This document shows positions 17,340-27,297 of a stretch of 64,000 bases of DNA, piece by piece. Source of the DNA: Acidimicrobiales bacterium (GTDB taxonomy: Bacteria; Actinomycetota; Acidimicrobiia; Acidimicrobiales; JACCXE01). Numbering within the stretch: position 1 is the stretch's first letter; each line of letters begins with the position of its first letter. The notes under the pieces are model-generated. The model made no database searches. It was not told where the DNA came from and saw nothing but the letters and a program-made list of their open reading frames with translations. The translations under genes and the position numbers were made by a program. Location of the stretch: assembly GCA_035546775.1 (NCBI GenBank), contig DASZWD010000040.1:291-64290 (forward strand), given 5' to 3'.

Positions 17340-19222
17340 CGATCGCCCTCGACGACCGTCGGGCGGTACGGCCGCGCCCGCAGACGCGGACGCGCCCAGT
17401 CGTGCGCGATCGCGCCATCCGTCGCTATCAGGTGGGCGAGCCCATGCCGTCGGCCGGACGCGTCATGGCCTTGGCGCTGGCGTTGTTCCTCGTGCTGTCG
17501 GTGGTGGTGGTGAAGCTGGTGTACGTGCAGGGCGTGCAGCACGACCGCTTCGAAGCGCTCTCGGTCAACCAGACGCGCCACACGATCAACTTGGCGGCAA
17601 CGCGGGGGAGCATCCTCGACCGCAACGGGCGCGACCTGGCGCTGTCGATCGACCGCACGACGATCTACGCCGACCCGACCCTGATCGAGGACCCACTCGC
17701 CGCCGCCAAGGCGCTGTCGCCGATCCTGAACATGCCGATCAAGCAACTGCAGACGTCGCTCACCAAACCGGGGCGTTTCGTGTACCTGGCGCGCAAGGTC
17801 GACGACGCTACGGCGCGCAAAGTGAAGGATCTGCACCTGGCGGGCGTCGCCGAGACCGACGAGTCGGCGCGCATGCGTCCTGCCGGAGACCTGGCCGCGC
17901 CGCTGCTCGGCGCTGTCGGCCTCGACAACGACGGCCTCGGCGGCATCGAGCGCCAGTACGAATCGACGCTTGCCGGCAAACCGGGCACGATCACCGTCGA
18001 CGCCGACCGTCACATGCGGCGCATCGCGTCGGGCGAGAAGAAGGTCACACCGAGCGTGCCGGGCAACGACCTAGAGCTCACCATCGACCGCGGCCTCCAG
18101 TACGACGCCGAGCGGTTGCTGTCCGACGAGATCGTGTCGTCGCACGCCAAGGGCGGCGTCGCCGTCGTCATGAACACCCAGACGGGCGACATCATGGCGA
18201 TGGCCAACCTTCACACGGACGAGAAGACCGGCAAGGTCGTGCAGGCGGCGCGCAACTCGGCGGTGACCGACGTGTACGAGCCCGGCTCGGTCAACAAACT
18301 CATCACGATCGCCGGCGCGCTCGAGGACAACGCCATCAAGGTGACGGACCGCTTCAACGTGCCGGATCACTACAAGGTCGGTAACCACGTATTCACCGAC
18401 CACGATCCACACGCCGTCGTCAACTGGGGCCCGACCGACATCATGCGCGAGTCGTCGAACATCGGAACGATCATGATTGCCCAGCGCCTGGGCGCTCAGC
18501 GGCTCGGCGACTACTTGTCGGACTTCGGCTTCGGAGTCAAGACGGGCATTGGCTTCCCGGGTGAATCCGCGGGCCTGCTGCGGCCCGTTTCGAGTTGGTA
18601 CAGCACGGACATGGGCTCGATCCCGATCGGTCAGGGCGTGTCGGTCTCCGCCCTCCAGATGCTGGCGGCGTACAACGCCGTCGCCAACGGCGGCATGTAC
18701 GTGCCGCCGCGTCTCGTGCGCGCCACCGTCGACGGCAACGGCGTACGCCACGCCGTGCCGGCGGCGCGCGCTCGCCGTGCCGTGTCGGTCTCTACGGCGA
18801 CCGCGGTAACCGCCATGCTTGAAGAGGTGGTGAAGTCCGGGACCGGAACGCTGGCGCAGATCCCGGGCTACCGCGTCGCCGGAAAGACCGGCACGGCACG
18901 CAAGCCTGCGCCCGGGGGCAAGGGCTACATCGACGGCGCCTACATGTCGAGCTTCGCCGGCTTCGCGCCGGCCGATCACCCGGCGATCAGCACCATCGTG
19001 ATGCTCGACGAGCCGCAGCCGATCTTCGGTGGTCTCGTCGCCGCGCCGGTGTTCTCGGAACTGGCCCGCGCCGCGCTGCGCGACTTGCGCGTCGCCCCGT
19101 CGTCGACAGCGGCGGCCGCGGCGCCGGCGCCCACGGTTGCCACGGCACAAGTGACACAGGGCGACGGGGACGTGCCGATCGGCGCGACTACGACTTCGGT
19201 CCCGTGCTGCTCTCAGAGGTAG
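17336..19222 (+). CDS. ftsI: peptidoglycan D,D-transpeptidase FtsI (class B PBP)
   Basis: TM plus the SxxK (GSVNK), SxN (SSN) and KTG (KTGTA) motifs. GTGA overlap with ftsL. An internal ATG near 17444 is an alternative start. Confidence 0.85.
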   Translation: MTIALDDRRAVRPRPQTRTRPVVRDRAIRRYQVGEPMPSAGRVMALALALFLVLSVVVVKLVYVQGVQHDRFEALSVNQTRHTINLAATRGSILDRNGRDLALSIDRTTIYADPTLIEDPLAAAKALSPILNMPIKQLQTSLTKPGRFVYLARKVDDATARKVKDLHLAGVAETDESARMRPAGDLAAPLLGAVGLDNDGLGGIERQYESTLAGKPGTITVDADRHMRRIASGEKKVTPSVPGNDLELTIDRGLQYDAERLLSDEIVSSHAKGGVAVVMNTQTGDIMAMANLHTDEKTGKVVQAARNSAVTDVYEPGSVNKLITIAGALEDNAIKVTDRFNVPDHYKVGNHVFTDHDPHAVVNWGPTDIMRESSNIGTIMIAQRLGAQRLGDYLSDFGFGVKTGIGFPGESAGLLRPVSSWYSTDMGSIPIGQGVSVSALQMLAAYNAVANGGMYVPPRLVRATVDGNGVRHAVPAARARRAVSVSTATAVTAMLEEVVKSGTGTLAQIPGYRVAGKTGTARKPAPGGKGYIDGAYMSSFAGFAPADHPAISTIVMLDEPQPIFGGLVAAPVFSELARAALRDLRVAPSSTAAAAAPAPTVATAQVTQGDGDVPIGATTTSVPCCSQR

Positions 19223-20610
19223 TCCGCGGACTCGACGCCCTCGAGGTGATCGGCGACGATCCCGACGTCGTCGGCGTCACGCACGACTCGCGGCGCGTGC
19301 AGGCCGGTTCGCTCTTCGTGTGTCTGACCGGCGCGTCGGTCGACGGTCACGACTTCGCCGCCGGTGCGGTGCGCGCCGGCGCGGCCGCGCTGTTGTGCGA
19401 ACGCGCGCTGCCGCTCGACGTCGCCCAGATCGTCGTGCGCAACACGCGCCGCGCCATGGCGCGGTCCGCCGCCAACTTCTGGGATCACCCCGCTGACGCG
19501 ATGACCATGGTCGGCGTCACCGGTACCAACGGCAAGACGACGACGGTGGCGATGATCCAAGCGATCCTCGACGCCAACGACGTCCGCACCGCCACTGTCG
19601 GCACGCTGTCGGCCCACGTGCCGGGCGCTCCGCCGAACACTCCCGAGTCATCGGATCTGCAAGCAATACTCGCCGGCTTCCGCGACGACGACTTCGCCGC
19701 GGTCGCGATGGAGGTCTCTTCGCAAGCCCTGGTGGCGCGGCGCGTCGACGAGATCGTCTACGACGTCGCTGCCTTCACCAACCTCAGCCAGGACCACCTC
19801 GACCTCCACGGCACGATGGAGGACTACTTCGCGGCCAAGGCCATGTTGTTCACCCGTGAGCGCGCCCGCGCCGCAGTGATCTGCGTCGACGACGAGTGGG
19901 GCACGCGTCTGGCCGGTATGGCCGAGCAAAACGACCTCGACGTCGTGCGGTGCACGCGCCGCGACTTCAGCATCGAAGGCGAGGCGATTCGCTGGAACGG
20001 TGCGACCGGAGTGCTGCACCTCGCCGGGGAACACAACGTCGCGAACGCCGTGGTTGCCGCGAACGTAGGCGAAGTGCTCGGCCTCACCGCCCAGGCCGTG
20101 CTCGACGGGCTGTCGTCGTTGCGTTCGGTGCCCGGCCGTTTCGAATACGTCGACATGGGGCAACCGTTTGCGGTGGTCGTGGACTACGCACACACGCCCG
20201 ACGGCGTCGAGGTTGCGCTGCGGGCGGCGCGAGGCACCGTCAGGCAGGACGGCGAGGTCACCATCGTCATCGGCTGCGGTGGCGATCGTGATCGCGCCAA
20301 GCGTCCGCTGATGGCGGCGGTGGCGGAGCAGATGGCCGATCGCGTCGTCCTGACCTCGGATAACCCAAGATCCGAGGATCCGCGTGCGATTCTTGACGAG
20401 ATGCAATCGGGGCTGCGCGACCCATCTCGGGTCATCGTCGAAGTCGATCGTGCCGCGGCGATCCGCGAAGCGATCACGCATGCCGCGCCGGGTGGCGTTG
20501 TGCTCATCGCCGGCAAGGGCCACGAGACCACGCAGACGATCGGCAACGAGGTGTTGCCCTTCGACGACCGTGCGGTGGCGCGTGACGTGCTGAGGGAGCT
20601 CGCCCGCTAA
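19204..20610 (+). CDS. murE: UDP-N-acetylmuramoyl-L-alanyl-D-glutamate--2,6-diaminopimelate ligase
   Basis: VGVTGTNGKTTT P-loop, DNPRSEDP near the C-terminus, 468 aa (not a MurE-MurF fusion). Confidence 0.9.
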   Translation: MLLSEVVRGLDALEVIGDDPDVVGVTHDSRRVQAGSLFVCLTGASVDGHDFAAGAVRAGAAALLCERALPLDVAQIVVRNTRRAMARSAANFWDHPADAMTMVGVTGTNGKTTTVAMIQAILDANDVRTATVGTLSAHVPGAPPNTPESSDLQAILAGFRDDDFAAVAMEVSSQALVARRVDEIVYDVAAFTNLSQDHLDLHGTMEDYFAAKAMLFTRERARAAVICVDDEWGTRLAGMAEQNDLDVVRCTRRDFSIEGEAIRWNGATGVLHLAGEHNVANAVVAANVGEVLGLTAQAVLDGLSSLRSVPGRFEYVDMGQPFAVVVDYAHTPDGVEVALRAARGTVRQDGEVTIVIGCGGDRDRAKRPLMAAVAEQMADRVVLTSDNPRSEDPRAILDEMQSGLRDPSRVIVEVDRAAAIREAITHAAPGGVVLIAGKGHETTQTIGNEVLPFDDRAVARDVLRELAR

Positions 20611-21645
20611 GTGGTCGCACTCCTCATTGCTGGGGCGGTGTCGCTCGCCGTGCCCCTGCTCGGCATGCCCCTGTTCATTCGCGCGCTCGCGGCGCGCGGC
20701 ATCGGCCAGCCGATCCAAGAAGAACTCCTCGAGATGCACGCGCACAAGCAGGGCACGCCGACGATGGGCGGCGTGATGATCGTGGCCGGCGCAGCGGCGG
20801 GCTACGCGGTCGCCCACGTGCGCGAGGGGACGATCTTCACCTGGGGTGGTCTGCTCACCATGGCGGTCGTGATCGGCGCGGCGTTCGTCGGCTTCCTCGA
20901 CGACTTCATCAAGGTCCGCAACGACCGCAACCTCGGGCTGCGCGCCCGCACCAAGATGGTCGGGCTCCTCATCGTCGCCGTCACATTCGCCGTACTGGCC
21001 ATCCGCGTCGCCGATGTGCACACCACGCTCTCGTTTGTCAGCTACAACCGACCTGGGTGGCACCTCGGCCGCATCGGGTGGGTGGCGCTGGCGGTGTTCA
21101 TGATCGCCGGGACCACCAACGGGGTGAACCTCGCCGACGGGTTCGATGGCCTCGCTGCGGGTTCGGCCGCTGTCTGCTTCGCCGCGTTCGTGGTGATCGG
21201 CTTCTGGGAGTTCCGTCACGTCGGGTACTACCACGTGCCCCAAGCGCTCGACCTGGCGCTCGTCGCCGCTTCGATGATGGGGGCGTGCACCGGGTTCCTG
21301 TGGTGGAACGCGGCCCCGGCGAAAATTTTCATGGGCGACGTCGGCGCCCTCGGCATCGGCGCGGGCCTGGGCTCTCTAGCCTTGATGACGAGCACGCAGT
21401 TGCTGCTGCCCCTCATCGGCGCGCTGTACGTGATCGAAAGCCTCTCGGTGATGCTGCAGGTGACGGGCTACAAGCTGACCAAGAAGCGCATCTTCCGCAT
21501 GGCGCCGATCCATCATCACTTCGACCTCGGCGGCTGGGCGGAGACGGCCATCACCATTCGCTTCTGGATCTTCGTGGCCATGACCACCGCGCTGGCGCTG
21601 GGTCTCTTCTACGCCACGTTCATCACCCACGGCGGGATCGACTGA
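20611..21645 (+). CDS. mraY: phospho-N-acetylmuramoyl-pentapeptide transferase
   Basis: Ten-TM profile with TPTMGG, NGVNLADGFDGLA and APIHHHF blocks. The GTG immediately follows the murE TAA. Confidence 0.9.
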   Translation: MVALLIAGAVSLAVPLLGMPLFIRALAARGIGQPIQEELLEMHAHKQGTPTMGGVMIVAGAAAGYAVAHVREGTIFTWGGLLTMAVVIGAAFVGFLDDFIKVRNDRNLGLRARTKMVGLLIVAVTFAVLAIRVADVHTTLSFVSYNRPGWHLGRIGWVALAVFMIAGTTNGVNLADGFDGLAAGSAAVCFAAFVVIGFWEFRHVGYYHVPQALDLALVAASMMGACTGFLWWNAAPAKIFMGDVGALGIGAGLGSLALMTSTQLLLPLIGALYVIESLSVMLQVTGYKLTKKRIFRMAPIHHHFDLGGWAETAITIRFWIFVAMTTALALGLFYATFITHGGID

Positions 21646-22958
21646 TGAAGCTGCTCGTGGCCGGGTTGGCGCGTACGGGCCAGTCCGTCATCCGCATGGC
21701 GCGTCGCGACGGCGACGAGGTCTACGGCTACGACGACGACGAAGCCACTGCGCGGCGCGTCGCCGAGGAGTTCGGCGTCGCGCGCGTCGGTTCGACCGCG
21801 GCGTTCGCCGCGGCTGTGTTGCCCGACGTCGACGCCGTCGTCGTGAGCCCTGGCTTTCCCCTCGCGCATCCGTTGCGCGCCGCGGCCGACGCCGCCGGCA
21901 AGCCGATGGTGGGCGACGTCGAGTTGGCGGCGCGGCGAACGAGCACGCCGATGATCGCCGTCACCGGTACCAACGGGAAGAGCACCGTCGTGCGTCTGAT
22001 CACCGAGATGCTGAACGCCTCCGGTCGCACCGCGATCGAAACGGGCAACGTCGGCTTCCCGATCCTCGACGCCGTCGAGGAACCGGCGGAGTTCTACGTG
22101 GTGGAGATGTCGAGCTTTCAGCTCGCCGACGTCGGCTCGGCGTTTCATCCACTCGTGGCGGTGTGGACGAACCTCACGCCCGACCATCTCGACTGGCACC
22201 CGAACCTCGAGCATTACGTCGGCTCGAAGGCGCAGATCTTCGCCAACCAGACCGAAGCCGACGTCGCGGTGCTCAACGCCGAGGATCCGGTCGTGATGGC
22301 GGCCGCCCACGTCGTCAAGTCGCGTGCCGTCACCTTCGGCGTCGAGGCGGGTGACGCGCACGTCGTCGAGGGCCGGTTGCGCGGCCCTCAGGGCGAAGAC
22401 CTCGGTGCGGTCGCGGACATGGCGCGGCCGTTCCCTCACGAGATCACCAACGGACTGAGCGCGGCGTGCGCCGCCTTGGCCGTCGGCGTCGACGCCGACG
22501 TCTGCGCCCGCGTGCTGCGGGAGTTCCGGGGGCTCCCTCACCGGATCGAGCTGGTAGGCCACATTGGTGGGGTGCCGTATTTCGACGATTCGAAGGCCAC
22601 GACGCCCGCGTCCGTGCTCACCGCGCTGCGCGCCTTTTCCTCCGCCGTGTTGATCGCCGGCGGCAAGAACAAGGGACTCGACCTTTCGGTGCTGGCTGAA
22701 GGCGCCGCGCACGTGCGCTCCGTCATCGCCATCGGCGCCGCCGCAGGCGAAGTCGTGCACGCCTTCGACGGTGTGCGGCCGGTGCGCATGGCCGCGTCGA
22801 TGGACGAAGCGGTGGCCGCCGCCGCGGAGGAAGCGCGGGTCGGCGACGCGGTGTTGCTGTCGCCGGCGTGCACGTCGTGGGACGCGTACCGCGACTACGC
22901 GCAGCGTGGCGACGACTTCGCCCGTGCCGTGCGCGAGCACGCGGGGGCAACGGCGTGA
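21645..22958 (+). CDS. murD: UDP-N-acetylmuramoylalanine--D-glutamate ligase
   Basis: AVTGTNGKST, EMSSFQL and DDSKATTP blocks. TGATG junction with mraY. Confidence 0.9.
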   Translation: MKLLVAGLARTGQSVIRMARRDGDEVYGYDDDEATARRVAEEFGVARVGSTAAFAAAVLPDVDAVVVSPGFPLAHPLRAAADAAGKPMVGDVELAARRTSTPMIAVTGTNGKSTVVRLITEMLNASGRTAIETGNVGFPILDAVEEPAEFYVVEMSSFQLADVGSAFHPLVAVWTNLTPDHLDWHPNLEHYVGSKAQIFANQTEADVAVLNAEDPVVMAAAHVVKSRAVTFGVEAGDAHVVEGRLRGPQGEDLGAVADMARPFPHEITNGLSAACAALAVGVDADVCARVLREFRGLPHRIELVGHIGGVPYFDDSKATTPASVLTALRAFSSAVLIAGGKNKGLDLSVLAEGAAHVRSVIAIGAAAGEVVHAFDGVRPVRMAASMDEAVAAAAEEARVGDAVLLSPACTSWDAYRDYAQRGDDFARAVREHAGATA

Positions 22959-24109
22959 AGACCGCGCGCGACCTGCGCGCCAAGGCGCCGCGTCCCGACG
23001 CGGGCGTCGACCCCGGACGTCCGCTGCTCGTCGTCATCGCCGCGTTGTGTGTCGTCGGACTCGTCATGGTGCTGTCCGCCTCGTCGGTCGACGCCCTGCG
23101 TACTTACGGATCGTCGTGGTACTTCTTCGTCCGCCAGGCGATCTACGTCGGCCTCGGCGGCGTGGCGCTTTGGCTCACGGCCCGCGTCGACTACCACGTG
23201 TGGCGCAAGTTCGCCGCCCCAGCCGTAGCCGTCGTGTTGTTCCTCATGGCGTGCGTGCTGGTGCCCGGACTCGGACAGACGGCCTACGGCGCCCGCCGCT
23301 GGCTCGGCGTGGGACCGCTCCAGTTCCAGCCCTCCGAGCTGGCGAAGCTGGCGCTGATCCTCTTCTCTGCCGACATCCTCGCCCGGCATCCACCGCAGCG
23401 GGAGGGCCCGGCGCCGCTGTACGTGATCGGTGGCGTCACGCTCGTGGCGCTCGTGCTCGTAATGGGCGAGCCCGACATGGGCACCGGCATGATCATCCTC
23501 GGCACCGTGCTGGCGGTCCTCATCCTCGGCGGCATCCCGCTCAAGCCGTTGCTCGCCGGCCTCGGTGGTATCGGCGTCGTCGGCACGTTCGTTGCCATCT
23601 TCGAGCCGTACCGCCGTGAGCGCTTGTTGTCCTTCGCCGACCCGTTCAAGTCGGCGAGCGGTAGCGGTTACCAGCAGGTACAGGCGCTCGTCGGCCTCGG
23701 CTCGGGCGGCGTCCGCGGCGTCGGTCTCGGCGCCAGCAAGTCGAAGTGGGGCTTCTTGCCCAACGCCCACACGGACTTCATCTTCGCGATCATCGGCGAG
23801 GAGCTCGGGCTGTTCGGCTCGATCGGCGTCGTGGCGTTGTTCGTGGCGCTCGCGGTGTTCGGCATCCGGGCCGCCACGCGCGCGCCCGACGCGTTCGGCG
23901 CGCTCGTCGCCGGTGGCATCACCGCGTGGCTCGTCGGACAGGCGGCGCTGAACATGGCCGCGGTCGTTGGCGTGCTGCCCGTGACGGGTGTGCCGCTGCC
24001 GTTCGTGTCGCTCGGCGGCACCTCGACGATCTTCGGCATGGCGGCGGCGGGCATCCTCGTGAACGTGGCGCGGCAGCGACGCCCCGCCTCGGCGAAGCCG
24101 AGCCGGTGA
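22955..24109 (+). CDS. ftsW: lipid II flippase / SEDS glycosyltransferase FtsW
   Basis: Multi-TM SEDS profile (LPNAHTDFIFAIIGEELG, PVTGVPLPFVSLGG). GTGA overlap with murD. Confidence 0.85.
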   Translation: MKTARDLRAKAPRPDAGVDPGRPLLVVIAALCVVGLVMVLSASSVDALRTYGSSWYFFVRQAIYVGLGGVALWLTARVDYHVWRKFAAPAVAVVLFLMACVLVPGLGQTAYGARRWLGVGPLQFQPSELAKLALILFSADILARHPPQREGPAPLYVIGGVTLVALVLVMGEPDMGTGMIILGTVLAVLILGGIPLKPLLAGLGGIGVVGTFVAIFEPYRRERLLSFADPFKSASGSGYQQVQALVGLGSGGVRGVGLGASKSKWGFLPNAHTDFIFAIIGEELGLFGSIGVVALFVALAVFGIRAATRAPDAFGALVAGGITAWLVGQAALNMAAVVGVLPVTGVPLPFVSLGGTSTIFGMAAAGILVNVARQRRPASAKPSR

Positions 24110-25467
24110 TCGACCTCGAACGTCCCCAGCACATCCACGTCGTCGGTATCGGCGGCGCCGGCATGTCGGCCATTGCCACCGTGCTCACGGCGATGGGCCA
24201 CACCGTCAGCGGTTCCGACGCCCGCGACAGCGCGGTGCTGGCGCGTATCGGCGCGGCCGGCGTGGCCACGCGCGTCGGCCACACGAGCGACGAGATCGCC
24301 GGCGCCGACGCGGTGACGGTGAGCACCGCCATTCGCGACACGAATCCCGCAGTCGTCGCGGCGCGCGCCGCTTCGATACCCGTTTACACACGCGCCGAGA
24401 TGCTCGCTGCCATTTGTGCCCAGCGGGCCACGATCGCCGTCGCCGGCACCCACGGCAAGACGACGACCACCTCGATGCTGGCGCTCATGCTCGTCGAAGC
24501 CGGATGGAACCCGTCGTTCATCATCGGCGGCGAGGTCAACGAGATCGGCGGCGGCGGCGTGTGGGGCACCGGAAAGTGGTTCGTCGTCGAAGCCGACGAG
24601 AGTGACGGCACGTTCCTCCAACTGCCGCGCCAGGCGGCGATCATCACCAACGTCGCCGCCGACCACCTCGACTTCTACGGCGACTACGACGCCGTGCGCG
24701 ACGCCTTCGCCCGCTTTGCCCGCGAGACCGATGGTCCGGTCGTCGTCGGAGACGCACCCGACCTGCTCGAGTTGGTGGAGGGGGCGCGCAACGTGATCTC
24801 GGTCGGTCTCGACGAGCACAGCCGCTACACCGTCGACCAAATCGAACGCGAGCGTTCCACCGTTCGGTTCCGCCTCCGGCGCGGCGGCCACGCGCTCGGG
24901 AACTACACCATGCCGACGCCGGGGCTGCACAACGTGCGCAACGCGGCGGTCGCCACCGCCATGGCGCTCGAACTGGGCGTCCCGGTCGACGCCACCCAGC
25001 GGGCGCTGTCGCGCTTCACCGGCGTGGCGCGGCGCTTCCAGTTCCGGGGCACGTACCGCGGTGTCGACTACGTCGACGACTACGCCCACCTACCCGACGA
25101 GGTTGCCGTTGCTATCGCGGCGGCGCGCGACGGCAAGTGGGAGCGCATCGTCGCCGTGTTCCAACCGCACCTGTACTCGCGCACGCAGCTGCTGGCGCCG
25201 CAGTTCGCCCACGCGTTCGACGGTGCCGATCACGTCATCGTCACCGACATCTACGGGTCGCGCGAGGCGCCGGTGCCGGGGGTCACCGGGCACTTGATCG
25301 TCGAGGCGGTGCGGGCGGCGAATCCCGACCTCGGCGTCACGTGGCTACCGGGCCGCGCCGACCTCGCCGAGCACCTGGTGGGAGTCATGCAGCCGGGTGA
25401 GCTGTGTCTGCTGCTGTCGGCGGGTGACCTGACTTCGGTGCCCGACGAAGTCGCCGCGATCCCGTGA
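24106..25467 (+). CDS. murC: UDP-N-acetylmuramate--L-alanine ligase
   Basis: HVVGIGGAGMSAIA and AVAGTHGKTTTTSM blocks. GTGA overlap with the ftsW stop. Confidence 0.9.
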   Translation: MIDLERPQHIHVVGIGGAGMSAIATVLTAMGHTVSGSDARDSAVLARIGAAGVATRVGHTSDEIAGADAVTVSTAIRDTNPAVVAARAASIPVYTRAEMLAAICAQRATIAVAGTHGKTTTTSMLALMLVEAGWNPSFIIGGEVNEIGGGGVWGTGKWFVVEADESDGTFLQLPRQAAIITNVAADHLDFYGDYDAVRDAFARFARETDGPVVVGDAPDLLELVEGARNVISVGLDEHSRYTVDQIERERSTVRFRLRRGGHALGNYTMPTPGLHNVRNAAVATAMALELGVPVDATQRALSRFTGVARRFQFRGTYRGVDYVDDYAHLPDEVAVAIAAARDGKWERIVAVFQPHLYSRTQLLAPQFAHAFDGADHVIVTDIYGSREAPVPGVTGHLIVEAVRAANPDLGVTWLPGRADLAEHLVGVMQPGELCLLLSAGDLTSVPDEVAAIP

Positions 25468-26387
25468 CGATCTCCGCCGTCGACGCGGCGGCCAAGGTTC
25501 TCGGCCCGCTCACGACACGCGACGCACCGCTCGGGGCGCGCACGACCTACCGCGTCGGCGGGAACGCTGCGTTGTTCGTCGTGGCGCGTGAGTTGAGCGA
25601 TCTACGACGCGTACGCACGGCGGTGATGGAGACGAACATCGACGTGCTGGTTGTCGGTAAGGGCTCGAACATGCTCGTGGCCGACGCCGGCTTCGGCGGC
25701 ATCGCCGTCACGCTCGAGGACGCCCTCGCCGACGTGCAGGTCGTCACCGGTACCGACGACAACTACGTGCGCGCCGGGGGTGGGCGTTCCTTCCCCGAGG
25801 TGGCGCGCCGGGCCGCGGCACTCGACGTCGGGGGACTCGAGTGGGCCGTCGGCATTCCCGGAACCGTCGGCGGCGCGGTGCGGATGAACGCCGGTGGTCA
25901 CGGCTCCGACGTTGCCTCGTGTCTGCGGTCGTGGAGCTTTGTCGACCTGCGCGGTGGCCCCGACGGCGAGCGGTCGGTCGACCAGCTCTCGGCGACGTAC
26001 CGGCACACGGCGGTTGGTACGGCCCACGTCGTCACCGAGGCGGTCTTCAACGTCCATCCCGTCGCGCCGGGCGCGGCCGAGGCGAAGATCGCCGAGATCG
26101 TGCGCTGGCGGCGCGAGAACCAACCCGGTGGCCAGAACGCCGGGTCGATCTTCACCAATCCCGAAGGCGACAGCGCCGGGCGCATCATCGACGCCTGCGG
26201 GCTGAAAGGTCTGCGCATCGGCAGCGCCGAAGTGTCGCCCAAGCACGCCAACTTCATCCAGGCCGACCGAGACGGTTCGGCCGACGATGTGCACGCACTG
26301 ATTCGCGAGGTGCAGCGCCGCGTGCTGGCGGCGACCGGCGTCGCGTTGCGCACCGAGGTGCGGATGATCGGGTTCAGCGAACCGTGA
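25464..26387 (+). CDS. murB: UDP-N-acetylenolpyruvoylglucosamine reductase
   Basis: FAD-binding PCMH-type N-terminus (TYRVGGNA, GKGSNMLV) and a MurB C-terminal block (GSIFTNP..SAGRIIDACGLKG). Confidence 0.9.
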   Translation: MTISAVDAAAKVLGPLTTRDAPLGARTTYRVGGNAALFVVARELSDLRRVRTAVMETNIDVLVVGKGSNMLVADAGFGGIAVTLEDALADVQVVTGTDDNYVRAGGGRSFPEVARRAAALDVGGLEWAVGIPGTVGGAVRMNAGGHGSDVASCLRSWSFVDLRGGPDGERSVDQLSATYRHTAVGTAHVVTEAVFNVHPVAPGAAEAKIAEIVRWRRENQPGGQNAGSIFTNPEGDSAGRIIDACGLKGLRIGSAEVSPKHANFIQADRDGSADDVHALIREVQRRVLAATGVALRTEVRMIGFSEP

Positions 26388-27163
26388 GCCCGCCAAAGGT
26401 CGACCCGCGCGTCGCCAAGCGCCGGGCGCAGGTGCGCGCCGACGCCACGCGCCGGCGCCGGCGACGGCTCACGACCGTCGCCGGGATCGTGGTCGTGGTC
26501 GGAGCCCTTGTCGGCCTGCTGGTGTCGCCGGTGATGGCCGTCAAGCGTGTGCAGGTCTCCGGCGCTGAGCACACCAGCGTCGCCAGCCTGCTGGTCGCCA
26601 CCGGCCTCGAGCACCGCGGCGCTCCGATGATCTCGCTCGACCGGTTCGCCCTGGCGCAGCGCGCCGAGCGCCTGCCGTGGATCGAGCACGCCGAGGTAAC
26701 CCGCAAGTGGCCTAACACCGTGCGCATCCGCGTGACCGAGCGCACCGCCCTCGGGGTGATCGGAGTGCCCAACGGCGTCGCCGTCGTCGACGGCACCGGC
26801 CGCGTGCTCGCCACGGTCAAGACCCCGCCCGACCACACCTACGCCATCACCCTGGCGCCGGGGGACAAGGTGCCGGGCCCGGGACAGACGGTGAAGCCGG
26901 CGGTGCTCGGCGCCGTCCGCATCCTGGCGGCGTTGTCCAAGGGCCTGGCGGCCCAGGTGGAGTCGGTGCACCGCCTCGCCGGGTCGCCGCCCACCTACGA
27001 GCTCACCCTGCACGGGCCGGTCACCGTGCGGCTGGGCGAAGCCACGGGCGTGCAGGACAAGCTCGCCGCCGCCGAGGCCGTCCTGGCTGCACAGCACGCT
27101 CCCGGCACGGTGATCGACGTGCGCGTGCCGCAATCTCCGGCCGTAACCCACACCAAACCTTGA
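26384..27163 (+). CDS. ftsQ: cell division protein FtsQ (POTRA domain)
   Basis: Basic tail, single TM, then POTRA-like VKRVQVSGAEHTS. Sits before ftsZ. GTGA overlap with murB. Confidence 0.75.
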   Translation: MSPPKVDPRVAKRRAQVRADATRRRRRRLTTVAGIVVVVGALVGLLVSPVMAVKRVQVSGAEHTSVASLLVATGLEHRGAPMISLDRFALAQRAERLPWIEHAEVTRKWPNTVRIRVTERTALGVIGVPNGVAVVDGTGRVLATVKTPPDHTYAITLAPGDKVPGPGQTVKPAVLGAVRILAALSKGLAAQVESVHRLAGSPPTYELTLHGPVTVRLGEATGVQDKLAAAEAVLAAQHAPGTVIDVRVPQSPAVTHTKP

Positions 27164-27188
27164 AACTTCCGGCGGTCAACGCTAATGT
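27160..27188 (+). promoter_or_regulatory. candidate ftsZ promoter (-35 TTGAAA, 17-nt spacer, -10 TAATGT)
   Basis: TTGAAA at 27160-27165 overlaps the ftsQ stop. TAATGT at 27183-27188. Confidence 0.3.
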
Positions 27189-27223
27189 CTCGACCGCCAC
27201 GAGAGCTTGACATAACACTGACC

Positions 27224-27241
27224 TTGAGGTTGAGGTTGAGG
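27224..27241 (+). repeat. (TTGAGG)x3 tandem hexamer in the ftsZ leader
   Basis: Three perfect copies at 27224, 27230 and 27236, followed by GTTTT. Confidence 0.6.
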
Positions 27242-27297
27242 GTTTTGCTGGGGAACTCGGGCGTACTTCCCTAAGAATCCAGGAGGAATCGGGACCT

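Noticed and set aside
20608-20613. Checked whether murF or murG could hide in alternative frames or as fusions at the murE/mraY and ftsW/murC junctions.
   Set aside because: The junctions are 0-nt or GTGA overlaps. MurE (468 aa), FtsW (384 aa) and MurC (453 aa) have ordinary single-domain lengths. Alternative-frame ORFs there are low-complexity.
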